Shown here piece after piece: positions 48,985 to 63,054 of a stretch of 64,000 nucleotides of DNA. The translations under genes were made by a program, and so were the position numbers. The DNA is from Dendrobates tinctorius (Eukaryota): assembly GCF_039654945.1 (NCBI RefSeq), contig NW_027361807.1, positions 6,386,001 to 6,450,000 on the forward strand, read 5' to 3'. How positions within the stretch are numbered: the first letter of the stretch is position 1; each line of letters begins with the position of its first letter. The notes beneath the pieces were generated by a model that searched no databases, was not told the origin of the DNA, and saw only the letters and a list, made by a program, of their open reading frames with translations.

Positions 48985-50011
48985 TGGGTCGCCCTCCCAG
49001 GGCTGTAGGGTACTCAGTACCGGGCCGGTCTCTCAGAGGGGATTGTCACAGCAGCGGTGACCCAGTCCGCCATGGCCCTGGGCACCCATGTAAAAGGTGT
49101 TGAGCTGGGAATAAAGTTTATAAGTGATTCGTGACGCCACCTGTGGTGTTCAGCAAGGGAGGTGTAAAGCCGACGCTGCAGACAAATCCTCTGGGACAGA
49201 TGGTATAGTGCAGCAATGATGTTGTAGCCCTCAACAGGTAGGGCTGTTGGTCCCAGGGCAGTGTAGCAGAATGTTTAGGAAGAGGATGCAGTGTTTGGCA
49301 CAGAGATGTAGCAGTGCTGAGGATGTTGCAGAAAGGAGGCAAGGACACAACAGGGTGCAGTTTCTTTACCTTTACTTGACAAACGCAGTCCAGGGTCCTG
49401 GTTACAGATGGCACAGGAGCAGGCTAGCCTGGAAGCAACTCAGGGATCTCTCTATCAGAAGGGTTGTGTAGTCTCCTTCCTAGCGCTGGCTTGAGGCACA
49501 TCCAGTACTGTGTTACACTGAAGTTCCTCCTTCTTATCTTCGCTTAGAACTACCTCGTATGGCAGACAGCTTTAGCCCTCTATCTCTCTTGGCTCACCGG
49601 TCGCTGTTGTGCCTCCGAGTTTTAGTTGGGAATAGAGCATTTACAGCTTCCTATTCCTCTGGTTTCTGTTGCAGGACCTTCAGTATCCATACAACCATGG
49701 AGACCAGACTCCAGATCATGCGCTCTCACTGGGAGGGAGCTCTCTATTCTCTGCTCAACCTCCAGCTTCTCTCCACACGTCTACACTCGTTACCCTCCTC
49801 ACACTAACTCCTAATTTCCCTTCCTGGCCCTCAGAGCGTGCTCCTCCCCCAATTCTGGTTCAGAGCTCCCTCTGCTGGCCTGGAGTGGGAACCGTGTTGC
49901 ATGACATGGTTAACTGTTAGCGAGGCCCTTCATTGCCTCCAAGCCTGACATTCACACTCCCTAGGAGGAAAGTAATGCCACTGTGGCGACCATACTCCTG
50001 GGGGCGCCACA
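48985..50011 (-). mobile_element. Solo LTR, same family as 23811-24825
   Basis: TGGGTCGCCC...GGGGCGCCACA with TSD CAAG. Confidence 0.92.
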
Positions 50012-51654
50012 CAAGCAAATATCATATATATTCATTACAAAAATATAAAGCTGGCCCCAATTCATTAAGACCAGCGTTGTTCATGCCGGTATTGATGGTT
50101 GAGAGAGGTGGAATCAGAGGCTCCTGATTCATTAAGGAACACATTTCTCTTAGTGAATCAGGCACTGCTTAAAAGTGGCGTACACCTTTGCGCACCTCAT
50201 AACATGCCTAAAATAGGTCAGAGATTGGAGTAAGATTTGTAGTATAACGTACAAAACTAATTGTCATGCATTAGACAATCGACCATTGCCATGGCCCATT
50301 CCACCCCTCTCCCACCACAGCTCCACACATTTTCACAGAACTAACTTAAAATGGTGTGAAAATGCTAAAAGTAACAAAATTTTAGCCAAACTAAAGGTTG
50401 GCGCCTTTTCAAAGTGTTTCACCCATAAACACTTTGATAAATCGGGGCCAAAGAATATTGCTCAATCTTAGTTTCATTGAATACTGCTGGTTTAACACAC
50501 AATTAGGTTAGGGTCACATGACCATATGTTCTCCATCCTAGAAAATTGGTCAAGTTATGCTAATTACACACTAATATCACACTAGTAGAAACCAATATGT
50601 AATAAATGGTCCCAAAAATGGGTACTCGCTGAATAAAAATATATCTTTATTGTAAAGACAATTAAAAACAAGATTACAAGTAAGGTGCTAGATCAAACAA
50701 TTACACACTGATCAGAGTAAGATCCAATTTTCTCTTTGGATGTGTAGAATGAAAAAAAAAATCTCCATTTTTTTTTTACCACTCAGGCTGTTAGATGTCA
50801 TCCAAGTGTGGTCCGATGTTTTTCCTTGGACCCATAAACATGAATGGGCAAGTTCCCTCCGATTATCAGGTGTAAATCGTGCGTGCATGCAGCGAAATTT
50901 TTTCTCAGGCCATTAAGTTTGAGGAAAAAAATCGAACATGTGCATTGCCCCATTGAATAACATTGGGACAAGTGCCATCCATCAATACCCTGAATTGCAC
51001 TCTTCCGAGTTATACAACCGTTTGTATGAGCCCTTCATGTGCTTCATTAAATGCCATACTACAAAGGTATTCTCTGCTAGACGTATTGCTTCTATGTCCA
51101 TAGCACAGTTCCATATGGAGACGACATACTGCAGAGCCTATGGCTCTAACCGTATGAGGCTGTGGGACATGGGCTCAGCCACAGGCTCTGTGTACTCACT
51201 TTACTCTTTTCACAAGGCCTAGTGCAGTGGATTAGGGTTAGTGCTGGTTCATACAGTAGATCCATACTTTATAGATCTTATATACTCTGTAGAATGACAG
51301 GCACTATTTGTTATGGTTTTATATATTTTGCTATCTTTCATTCTATGGGGACTTTTTATATTTTAAACTGAAGAATGTAAATGATAAAAGTACATACTAT
51401 TATCCAAATCTGTAAAATCCTTTACATCCATAGTAAAGAAAGAAATATTATAATAACTCCCACATGTGAATATACTGTACATTACAATTCCCTATATCAC
51501 TTTAGGAAACTATAAAACCTTACAGTTGTATAATATAAATTATTCAGCTGAACAACAGTTTTACAATTGTTGAGACCTCTGAGGTTATAATTCACACTAG
51601 TATCAAAGGGGCTTCAATCCCTTTAATAATCAACCACTACACATATGGTACATG

Positions 51655-52895
51655 TGTGGCGCCCCTGAGGCTCAGTCGCCACAGATGTACTGCACCTTCT
51701 CCTAAGGTGTAGTGCCCCACCGTCTGGGTAAGTTGGGAACTCCTTTCCACGCTCCAACACTCGCACCCCACACAACAGGGTAGTTCTGCACAACCACATT
51801 GCGGCTCATTGTTTAGAGAGTAGCAGAGCACCTCTGGTGATTCCCTGCTTGGAACACTGGATGTGTTGGGAGGTTGGTGGAGTTTAGTTCCATATATAAG
51901 GTTGGGAAGGTTTAGAATTACAGGTCAGTCTGACGGGAGGTCAGTCTCAGATCAGTCTGAGAGAGAGAAGGACAGTCAGGAGAGTCTGAGGACGGGTCCG
52001 AGGAGAAGGAGAGAGACGTAGAGCTGTAACCTAAGCATCCATAGGAAGGAGAGTCAAGTACGAAACGAAGGAGTAGAGAACAGAGAGGAGACATGGGTTG
52101 GAAGAGGAACCCTGCCTATAGGTTCTCAGCGCAAGGCCGGGGCCCGGTCCCCGAGGTTGTATGGACACTTATGATTCTGCAGCAGACACCGGTGGAGTAG
52201 TTGGCTGTAAATGCATTACTTCCATCCAAGACTTGAGGCACAACAGCAACACAGATAGAGAGCCAGGAGTGAGGCGTCCCCGAAGCAGGCTACAGCTGTC
52301 TGCCGTGCAAGTAGAGTTCTAGGAACATCTCTTAGGAGGCATTCCAGGGTTACTAAGTACTGGAGTGCTTCACACCACAAGGCGCATTGACGGAGTCGTT
52401 CAGGAAGGTACATGTTGGCGGAGTGTTGGAGAGGAGAGCCCTGACTTGCCTGGGAGGTTAGTTGAGTCTTTACCCCGGAGGACACGGCACGGAGGCAGGC
52501 ACCAGTGTGTACCACGAACTGTGAGTAAAGCTTTGAAACTGCAGCTCTGGTGTCCTCCATTCATTTGTGCGCTAACACCTTCAGCACCGCTACATCTGGG
52601 TACCAGCATCCATACCATCCTGCGCCTCTCCTCATCAATAGCACCTACACTGCCCTGGGACTACAGCTCCACCTGTGGGGAGCTACACCATCTTTGCTGC
52701 ACCACACCATCAGTCCCAGCGGATCTGTATGCAGCGTCGGCTTCAGGTGGCGTCACGAACTATTCACATAAACTACATTAAAAACCACCATTGATTTGGG
52801 CGCCCAGGGCCACGGACCGGGTCACCGCTGCTGTGACACATCCCCCTGATACCGGCCTGGTACCGAGTACCCCACGGCCCTGGGAGAGCGACCCA
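51655..52895 (+). mobile_element. Solo LTR, divergent subfamily (1241 bp)
   Basis: TGTGGCGCCCC...GCGACCCA with TSD CATG. The 3' ~300 bp is similar to the other copies; the 5' part differs. Confidence 0.88.
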
Positions 52896-53825
52896 CATGC
52901 TTATTATTCTGTGTCACCAGCCACCGCAGTCAATTAGCTTGCCTATAGCAGATGTAATAAGCTCCAATTTCTGCACCTGATTTCTGGGTTATCTGTGTAT
53001 ACCCTTTCCCCCTTACTGGAAATTGGCAGCATTACTGAAGATTTTTTTCTTTTCTGAGCAATAGATGAGTCTTCTAGGCATCGACAGTTCATTGTCTTCT
53101 TTTATATATTATTCCCACCCCCTCCCCATACACACAACCCTCTCCCACCTTGTTCTCCTTACAATAGGGAGAAGAAGACAGAGGTTCACGGGCTCGGAGC
53201 TTGACAGTTGACAGTAACTGGGAGCCATGCCACTAGGCTCTGCCTTTTTCTTTATCATATTCCACAATGCTATACCGAGGAGAGAAGAAAATGAGGGGAA
53301 GGGATGAGCATAGAAAGTAACAGGTTTTTGTTTTTCTCTTTTGTTAATTAATTAAACTCTAAATAAGACCATTTTGCCACTCACTTAGCCTAGAACAAAA
53401 GACAGGCAGAAGAAAGATAGGCATAGGGAATATAGGGCACAGCAGCTACCTCTCACCTTTTTCCTACTACAAAAGACTTTAAGGCAAGCAGCTGGTGGAC
53501 GTTGAGTAGTTCGCCTGCACTCACTTGATAAACCTGTGCTCTTTCCTTGATTAGCAATTTGCAGAAAATCAAACCAGAGAATAAAAATTCCCCATACATA
53601 TCTTAAACTATTTATTTGATTGTCACTATAAGTTTTATTGTAACTTTTCAAATAGTTTAGATTTTATTTAAAAAATAAATTCCTGTGTTTTTTGGTGCAT
53701 CTAATTCCTATACAGACTTATGTGATGATTATACAGACTATAAACAACAATATATTAATTGTCATGAAGACTGCAAACATTGAGGGGTTATCCTATAGGA
53801 AAACAAGTGTCTCCTGTCCTTTATA

Positions 53826-54393
53826 GGGTTTTCCCATGAACAAAGTTAATTTTAATAAACATTTTAATCAATAGATATTTTAATAATAATATGTTTCACA
53901 GCCAGATATTTTTTTTTAAAAATGTTCCTGTGCTGAGATAATCTTATAAATGTGCCCCTGCTGTGTACAATGTAATGGCTGTGTATGACCGTACAGGGAC
54001 ATGTTCTGATCATACTACAGCTCCTGAGCAGGGGAGGAAGCAAAAGAAAGTATACAGACATTACAGCATGGAATCGCAACTGATTATTTCTTTGAGGTAA
54101 AATATTGTTTAAATGAAGGCAGGGAAATAATTAGCTTCACAAAAAAATCAGCTGTGATCCCATGCTGTCCTGTCTGTATATTATTTTGCTTCCTCCCCTG
54201 CCCAGGAGCTGTGGTATGACCAGACCCTGTCCCTGTATGGTCAGACACAGCCATTACACAGTACACAACAGGGACGCATTTATAAGATTATCTCGGCACA
54301 GGAACATTTTTTTTTAACACATCCAGCTGTGGAACTTATTTTTATCCCAAGATCTATTAATTAAAATGTACTTTATTCTTGGAAAAAAAACCT
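53826..54393. mobile_element. Palindromic T2/Kolobok-type MITE
   Basis: AGGGTTTTCCCATGAACAAAGT ... ACTTTATTCTTGGAAAAAAAACCT|TTAA, with long internal inverted arms. A half copy lies at ~19555-19785. Confidence 0.75.
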
Positions 54394-55005
54394 TTAAAAG
54401 AGGTGATAAACGTATGATAATTGGGGGCTGAACTAGAACATCCACCGATGAGTGTAATAGATGGCTCAAGTCCCCATTCTAGAGGAACTGTATAAAGGAT
54501 GTCTAGCAAACTGATGGTCTAATATAATAAGGCTCGAGCCACGTGGTGCAGGTAGATGTCGTTCCATCAGAGGAATAAAAGGAAATTCAAACACGTAGTC
54601 TGGTTCACACTCAGGTTCCTGCCAGTCTAGTGTGTGAATGCTTTACTTATACAAAGTTAGATCAATATGCCTCAATGGAGAATTACTAAGTCATGTCAAG
54701 TAACATATACAAGTTCAATTAATTTCTGCAAGCTTATTCTTATCATCATAGACAGACTACTGCTTATGACGTATACAGTTTTGATGGTATCAGCTTGTGT
54801 TCGACCTTTTCTTGGAAATAGAAGGGAGTAGCTTGGACTTAAGCTATGTGAGGTAACATTTTCTTCTTCTTCTTCATTGCACACAAAGAAATTCAAACAC
54901 AAAATGGAGTCTAGATCCAAAGTCTCTAAAATGGCTGCTGAACTGAAGAAGGACTGATGCCTCCTTCATCAAGACGTGGAACCTGCCACTCTGTTCATTG
55001 TACAC

Positions 55006-56015
55006 TAGGAGTATGGTCGCCACACTGGCATTGCCTTCCTCCAGGGAGGGTGATGTCAGGCTTGGAAGCAAGGAAGGGTCTCTCTAGCAGTTAACCATGT
55101 CATGCAACGTGGTTCCCACTCCAGGCCAGCAGAGGGAGCTCTGAACCAGAATTGGGGGAGGAGTGCTCTATGAGGGCCAGGAAGGGAAATTAGTCAGTTA
55201 GTGTGAGGAGGGCAACGAGTGTAGACGTGTGGAGAGAAGCTGGGGGTTGAGCTGAGGATAGAGATCTCCCTCCCAGTGACAGCGCATGATCTGGAGCCTG
55301 ATCTCCACGGTGGTATGGATACTGAAGGTCCTGCAACATAAACCAGAGGAATAGGAAGCTGTAAATGCTCTATTCCCACCTAAGACTCGGAGGCACAACA
55401 GCGACGGGTGAGCCAAGAGAAATAGAGGGCTACAGCTGTCTGCCATACGAGGTAGATCCAAAAGGGAAGAAGAAGGAGGAACTTCAGTATAACATAGTAC
55501 TGCATGTACCTCAAGTAAGCGCTAGAGAGGAGACTACACAACCCATCTGATAGAGAGCTTCCTAAGTTGCTTCCAGGCTAATCATCTCCTGTGCCATCTG
55601 TAATCTGAACCCTAGACTGCACTTACAAGTGAAGGTAAAGAAACTATATTCTGCTGTGTCCTTGCCTTCTTCCTGCAACTTCTTCAACACTGCTACATCT
55701 CTGTGCCAGACACTGCACCCTTTCCCAACACCTATCTACACTGCCCTGGGACTTCAGCCCTACCTGTGGAGGGCTATAACATCACTGCTGCACCCCACCA
55801 TCTGTCCCAGAGGATCCGTCTGCAGCGTCAGCTTAACATCTTCATTGCCGAACACCACAGGTGGCGTCATGAATCACTGATAAACTTTATTTCATCACTC
55901 AACCCCCTTTTACATGGGCGCCCAGGGCCACGGACCAGGTCACCGCTGCTGTGACATTCCCCTCTGAAGGACCGGCCCGGTACCGAGTACCCCACAGCCC
56001 TGGGAGGGCGACACA
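55006..56015 (+). mobile_element. Solo LTR of the same family, 5' tip missing
   Basis: Reverse-complement similarity to 48985-50011. Ends GGGAGGGCGACACA. Confidence 0.88.
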
Positions 56016-56269
56016 CTTTCAATTTGTTTTTGCGGACTTTGCAAATTTTTCCTTCCAAAAATTGAGTTCTGGCGAAAAAATTTTTGAGAGAATTTCAATA
56101 CTGGAAAGCATGTAATTGGTCATAAAGGGGACATAGCGGAAAGGATAAAAAGAGAGAGAAAACCCAGCTGACTATGAGAGATTACACTGTGAAACAAAGA
56201 GAGAACCTCGCTGCACATAAGAGCTTACATTATACAGGAAAAAGAGGGAGAGGACCAAGCTGACCATAA

Positions 56270-56894
56270 GGGTGTGTGCACACGTTGCGGATTCTGCTGT
56301 GGATCTGCAGGGGTTTGGGCCCCGCGGAACCGCAGCAGTTTCTGCTGTGGTGTACAGTAGCATTATAACCTATGGAAACCGAAAACCGCAGGGCAGACGG
56401 TGCGGATTTTTCTGCGCGGATTTGCTGCGGTTTTCAATCCGCAGAAAGAAATGACATGTCAATTCTTTCTGCGGATTTCGCTGCGGTTTGCCATCTGCTC
56501 CATTGTAGAGATGATAAACCGCAGGGCAAAACTGCGCGGATTTTACTAAATACCTGCAGATTTTACTAAATCCGCGCAAACAAATCCGCAGAGCATTCCG
56601 CAGCGTGTGCACACACCCTAAGGGTGAGTGCACACACTGCGGATTCACCTGCGGATTTGCAGGTAAATCCTCAGGTAAAGTGGCAAACCGCTGCGGAATC
56701 CGCAGAAAGAATTGACATGCTGCAGATTTAAACCTGCAGCAAATCCGCGTGGAAAAAAACGCAGCATGTGCATAGCGGATTTGAAATCACATTGGCTAAC
56801 ATTGTACTGTACTGTGTCTGCGGAACTGCTGCAGATCCGCAGGTCCAAATCTCCTGTGGATCTGCAGCAGAATCCGCAGCATGTGCACATACCC
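56270..56894. mobile_element. Two abutting Harbinger MITEs (56270-56618 and 56622-56894) sharing a TAA
   Basis: TAA|GGGTGTGTGCACAC...GTGTGCACACACCC|TAA|GGGTGAGTGCACAC...TGTGCACATACCC|TAA. Confidence 0.9.
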
Positions 56895-57122
56895 TAAGAA
56901 CGTACTCTGTATAAGAGAGAGAAGACACCAATAACCATAAGAGTTTACATTGTAGAGAACAGACCACTGATAATAAGAGAGGACACACTACAATAGAGAG
57001 AGAGGACCCAGCTAACCATAAGAGATTACTCTCTACACGAGATACAGAGTTGACCCAGCTAACCACAAGAGATTACTCTCTACAGGAGATAGCGAGAGAG
57101 GACACTACAGACCATACTGTAA

Positions 57123-57783
57123 AGGCCCCGTCACACTAAGCGACTTACCAGCGATCCCGACACCGATATGAAGGTGTCAGGATCGCTGGTAAATCGATAT
57201 GTGATCGCTGGTGAGCTGTCACACAGACAGCTTCACCAGCGATCAGCACAGCGATGCCGAGCGCCCGGCATCGCTGGCCATCCTGTAAAAAATAGAATCA
57301 AAATAAAAAATATAGTTATTCTCACCTTCCGACGTCCTGTTCAGTCATCCCGCCTCTCTCCACGCTCCGGTCCCAGTGATCCTTTGCACGAATGACCGCG
57401 AGATGTCACAGTCTCGCGGGATAACAAAGTCTCGCGGTCATTCGTGCAAAGGATCACTGGGACCGGAGCGTGGAGAGAGGCGGGATGGCTGAACGCGACG
57501 TCGGAAGGTGAGAATAACTATATTTTTTATTTTTTTTATTATTTTTTACACCTGATCGCTGGTCTCCCGCCTGTCACACACAGCGATGCGTGCTGGCCAG
57601 CGGGAGACCAGCGACCAAAGAAATGTCCAGAGATTTCTTGCAGCGATCAGCGATACCGGCAGGGGGGCCGCTCGCTGATCGCTGTCACACACAGCGATCT
57701 CGCTGGTGAGATCGCTGTTATGTCACAAAAGCTGTGACTCAGCAGCGATCTCGCTACCGAGATTGTTTAGTGAGACGGGGCCT
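57123..57783. mobile_element. PIF/Harbinger MITE
   Basis: TAA|AGGCCCCGTCACACTAA ... TTAGTGAGACGGGGCCT|TAA, with an internal palindrome at ~57300-57540. Confidence 0.9.
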
Positions 57784-58304
57784 TAAGAGCTTACACACTA
57801 CAGAGGGGAGAGAGAGAGATAAGATCCTGCTTACCATAAGAGCTTACATTCTATAGAAGAGACTTAACCAGTGACTCTGAAGAGGGCAAACAACTCTGCT
57901 GTACAAACTGTTCTCCACTGATCTGTGATGGCCCAGGAACTGACCATCACTGTACAAGGTATAATAATCCGCTAGATGTCATAGCTGCAGGACATTATGG
58001 AGAAGCCCAGGTGACAACACAAAATGAAGTTTCTCAGGTCTGTAATGCTTCAGCAGTGTGGTAAATGGTGCTTGGCAAGCTGTCTTTTTTTTTTTAAATT
58101 GAATCTCAAAATGTTTGAATTCATGTGAAACCGTGAATTTCAGGAAATTCGACTGGAACTTGCTCCTCCACGGATAGATCATTTCATCCTTACCTAAAGC
58201 CTCTGGTATGGTGATGAATGCCTATACCAGCTATCGTGTCTCTGTGTGTTTTTAGTGGGAAACCCCAAAAAGAAAGTTACTGAACTACCAGTATACAATC
58301 CCTA

Positions 58305-59931
58305 GGGGCTTTTTCCCACATCCTGATATTTCCGGTACCTGAAAAAACAGTACCAGAGTCCGTGTGTTAGTGTGTACGTGTGTGTCATTCTTGTGGCAAC
58401 TGTGTGCCCCCCCGTGTGCCACATCAGTACCACACGTTCCAGAGCCTGGGAAGCAGCGGTACGGTTTGCGCTGTTCCCCGACACCAGGTGCTGAAGACTG
58501 CTCTCATCATTCTCACCTGCTGGCATTGCGATCACAGGGAATGTTGAGAGTTGTACTCAGCTGCAACAGCGAGAGCATGCGGCAGCTGATTAGAGTATTT
58601 TCAGCTGCCATCTGCACTATAAATAAATGAAAAAAAAGTGTTGGTTCCCCTGTATTTTTGATAACCAGCCAGGAAAAAATGACAGCTGCGGGCTGCCACC
58701 CTCAGCTGTCAGCTTCAGCAACAGCGGTTATCAAGAATAGAGGGGTTATCAAGTGTTTTTTAAAATTATTTAAATAAATAATTTTAAAAAAATGGGATCC
58801 CCCCGTTTTTTGACAGCAGACGGCTGGGGGCTAGTATTCTCAGGCTGTTAAGGGGAAAGGGATATTGACCCTTCCAGCCTTAAAACAGCAGCCTGCGGCC
58901 GACCCGACCAGGCAAGTCTATTCTGGCGCTAGTCTTTTATTTGAAATAAAAACAAAACACACTTTTCCATTTTTATTTAAAAATAAACACAGTTTACTCA
59001 CCTAATGCCCATTCCATTGAAGCCCTCGCTTCTTGCAATAAAACAAAAATTAAAAGCAACCATATCCCTCACCTGTCCGTCATTCTGTCCCACGCCGTTA
59101 TCTATGTCTGGGGACAAATAGATTTCACCCTGGACGGTGACAAGATGTGACCATCCAGGCCATCATTGGCCAGCGGTGACCATTCTCACAGTGATCTGCG
59201 GTTAACTCACTAAGCTGAACTGTGTTGAACTCAGTGACTTCTCATGATGTTGAGGTTACCGCCGTTCAGTATGGCTGGGAACGCAGCCCCAGTGACCGAC
59301 GGTAACCTTGATGATGTCATCGCTAGTTACTGATGCTGTCAGCCCGCAGCTGACATTTTTGTCTGGCTGGTTAGCAAAAATATAGAGGAAACCAAAATAT
59401 TTTTTAATTTATTTATTCGTTTATATCGCAGGTGGTGGCTGATAAATACTCCCATCAGCCAGTGCCTGCTCTGTTATTAGCGACAGCAGGTGTTGGCTGA
59501 TGGGAGTAGTAGTCGAATCAGCTGCCCCCTGCTCTCACTTTTATCAGTTAAATGTAACTCTCAACATTCTCCCCTGCTAGAGCAGATCTCAGAGTGAGCA
59601 GGGGAGAATGATGAGAGCGGTCTTCAGCACCTGCACCAGGAAACAGCGCTAACAGTACTCCTGATTCCCTGGCTCAGGTAATTGTCACAATGATGAGACA
59701 TCATCTCTGTGTGTCATCCATGTATGTGTGTGCGGGACATTTTGCGGCCCATGCTGCTGTTATAAAAACGGACACGTCAGCGTATTTTGCCAATGGACAC
59801 ACGTTCCGTGGAAACACACTGACATGTGCACAGACCCGCTCACTTGAATGGGTCTACATGTGTCAGCGTCTCAGGTACGTACGAAAACTGTCACCACACA
59901 TACCGGATACACTGAACTCTGAAAGAGGCCT
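58305..59931. mobile_element. Older non-autonomous Harbinger-type element
   Basis: Degenerate ends GGGGCTTTTTCCCACATC and CTCTGAAAGAGGCC|TAA. Internal inverted segments at 58480-58640 and 59380-59660. Confidence 0.5.
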
Positions 59932-61500
59932 AATGCTGTACCAGTTGGGTATATCTATATTAGAACAGTATTACATTGCATTTGCATCAATTTAAAACAA
60001 GAAGTATAAATGACAAACAACTGTAATATTATATGTTTCAGTGAAGCTGAGCCCTTGCTTGATAGTGCTGCGGTAGAGATGAGCGACTTTGCCTTTTTTC
60101 GGGTCGAGTCGGGTTTCATGAAACCCGACTTTCTCAAAAGCGAAGGCAATCGGCCAATTATCACGAAAAGTGGAAGGCCAACTGAAACACGAAACCCAAT
60201 GCAAGTCAATGGGGAACCAAGGTCGGCAGTGAGTGGAGGACAGGAAACACACCTACAGTGCCCATTTTAATGCCAAAAACATCAATTCTTATTACTTAAG
60301 CTTGTCAACCTTAATTTACTTTATAATAATAGTTAGGCATTGAAAACTGGGGGTTATTTGGCTAAAGTTGTGGGGGGGTAGTGCTTGCTCCAGATTTTCG
60401 TGGGTCCTGGGCCAAAGAGTGTCACTGGGCTCCTTTAACATATGCCACAATTCATGATCCTCTGATACGGCAGAGAAAAAGCGGTACAGTCCAATGAAAA
60501 ATACTTCACTTCTTACATCTCATGACTGATATCCATTTTAAATTCTCCAATAGCTCCAAAAACGGACAGTATATTACTCCATACAGTATTATGGCCACCG
60601 CATAGTGCGCTATACACAGTAATGAGGCCCATATACTTCTCCATACACAATCATTGGTCCCATATAATGTTTGAAACAGTATATGATGAGCTCCACATAA
60701 TGCTACAGTATATGTTGGTCCCCATGGATGAAGCTCCACTATCTTATGGACCCAAATAATGCTCCATATATTATGGGCCCCATTTCTAATGCTCCAGTGT
60801 ATAATGGGCCCTGTAAATGCTGCTCCAGTGTCTGATGTCCACCTTTGGAATGCTCCAGTGTATGGTGGGCCTCATATATCATTCTCCAGAGTATAGTGCT
60901 CCCCAAAAATTGCTGTCCCAACATTGAAATCAATTAAATAAGTCTCATCGCTAGGGAATCCCTGTACTAGTCTGGACTCCTCGTCGTCCCCATCTTCCAT
61001 CTCACTGCACTTGGACTGTTTGGACAGAGGGCGTACAGACGTGATGTCATCGCGCTCTCTGACCAGAATGTCACTGTCAGGAAACGCGGAAGACATCACG
61101 GCGGTGGAGCAGGGAGAGGTAAGTATTTCAACTTTGCAAGTGCTGTGATCCTGAGCAAGCAGGGGGGGCCACTCGTTGGCGATGGCATTGGCACATGGCC
61201 ACTCATAGTACGGCGGTGTGTCTGACGGCGGCTAGGCCCTCCCACCGGCAGAGACACTTTTGCATACTATGAGGGGCCCTGTGCTAGTGCCGTCGCCCAT
61301 GAGTATGCCCCCCCACCTGCTCAAGGAACCTGCACTTTCATCTGCACCTTTTTCTTTGTAACCGTTTAAGGTGGTATAGTATGCGGGAAGGGGAACCTGA
61401 GTTTCATCAGGGTCAGATTCTGGCTGTGTAGAGTGTGTGGGGAATGTAGTGGTCTGGGTCAATGTACCAGCAGAATCATCTAGTTGGGCATCAGTGCATT

Positions 61501-62500
61501 TGTGGCGCCTCCAGGAGTATGGTCGCCACAGTGGCATTACCTTCCTCCTAGGGAGTGTGATGTCATGCTTGGGAGCAACGAAGGATCTCTCTAGCAGTTA
61601 AACCAACACACAACACAGTTCCCACTCCAGGCCAGCAGGGAGACCTCTGAACCTGACTACTGAGGAGCTGCTCTCTGTGGTCGGGAGGAGGTAAGATAGG
61701 GCAGTATGTGAAGGGAAGGGGAAGTGTGTGGACGTGAGAATGGGAGTTGGAGGATGAGCAGAGTTAAGGCTCACTCCTAGCTGGAGCGCATGGTCTGGAT
61801 TCTGGTCTCCAAGTTTGTAGGGACACTGACGGTCCTGCAGCAGAAACCGAAGGAAGTAGCAGCTGTAAATGCTCTGTTCCCAACTAAGGCTCGGAGGCCC
61901 CAGCAGCGACGTGTCTGAGCCAGAAGGAAAAGGTTATGGCTGCCTGCCATACGAGAAAGTTCCAAAAGAGAGTCAACAGGGGGAACTTCAGTGAACTCAG
62001 TACTGCAAGAACCTCAGATAAGCGCTAGAACGGAGGCCACACTACCTATCTGCAGAGAAAGAATTCCAAATTTGCTTCCAGGCTGACCAACTCCTCCATC
62101 TGTACTCTGGGTCCTGGAGGGCACTTATCAAGTACAGGTAAAGGAACTGCACAACTGTGTCTGTCATCTTTCTCCTGCGCCTGGTGCACGGCTCTGCTAC
62201 ATCCTGCACTGCACACCATCTACCAACTCTTTCATCTTCCCTGCGACTACGGCCCTACCTGTGCAGGGCTTCTACATCTTAGCTGCACCACAACATCTGT
62301 CCTAGAGAAGCGACACTGCAGCGTGGGTCAATCTGATCAGAAACCACAGGTGGCATCACGTATCATTCACTTATAAATGTTATTCATCCCTTTGCATGGA
62401 CACCCAGGGCCACGGAACGGTTCATCACCACTAACGTGACACATCCCTCTGAGACACCGGCCCGGTACCAATTAACCCCACTGCCCTGGCTGGCCACCCA
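61501..62500 (+). mobile_element. Solo LTR, older copy of the same family
   Basis: TGTGGCGCCTCCAGGAGTATGGTCGCCACA ... GGCCACCCA, with flanks CATT/CACT. Confidence 0.85.
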
Positions 62501-63054
62501 CACTCCATGTCATCTTGGACTGGGGAATTCACGATTTGACTTGATAACTCAGGCATGGTATGATAGAAAGAGCTACATGGACTAATGTGAAGTGTGGCCT
62601 GCTGCATCATTCACTTTTGGTGGGGGTGAAGGAAACAAGGAAAGGGGTTCTTCCTGACCAGGAGCCAGCATTTGACGACTCAGTGCTTGCATTTTTTGAA
62701 ACTTCAGAAGAGGAGGGCATATTTGCTGGAGTCTGTTTCGGCAATGTAAGCCAAAATCAGTTCCTGATGCTCCGGCTTTAAAAGCGGTTAACCTACTCCC
62801 AGAAAAGGTAGCCTTCCAGGCGTTCTGGAGCCAGATGGTGACGCAGGCTCAACATCTCCTGCCTTAGCTGCTATTGTGCTTTTGCCACTACTAGAAGATG
62901 CACCACCACCATCAGCACCAGCTGGCCCCCCAATGCCCACGTCCGCGGCCTCTTCCACCAAACTTCAAAATTTTGCAGAAAATGAACCCAAAATAACATC
63001 AGATATATGGTACTGTATCAGAAGCGAACAGCTCTATACAGTCGAAGGATAATT

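Noticed and set aside
60073-63000. Decayed autonomous hAT (TAGAGATGAGCG end, coding-like remnants at 61300-61500 and 62500-62970)
   Set aside because: Plausible, but no second terminus, TSD or catalytic motif could be verified.
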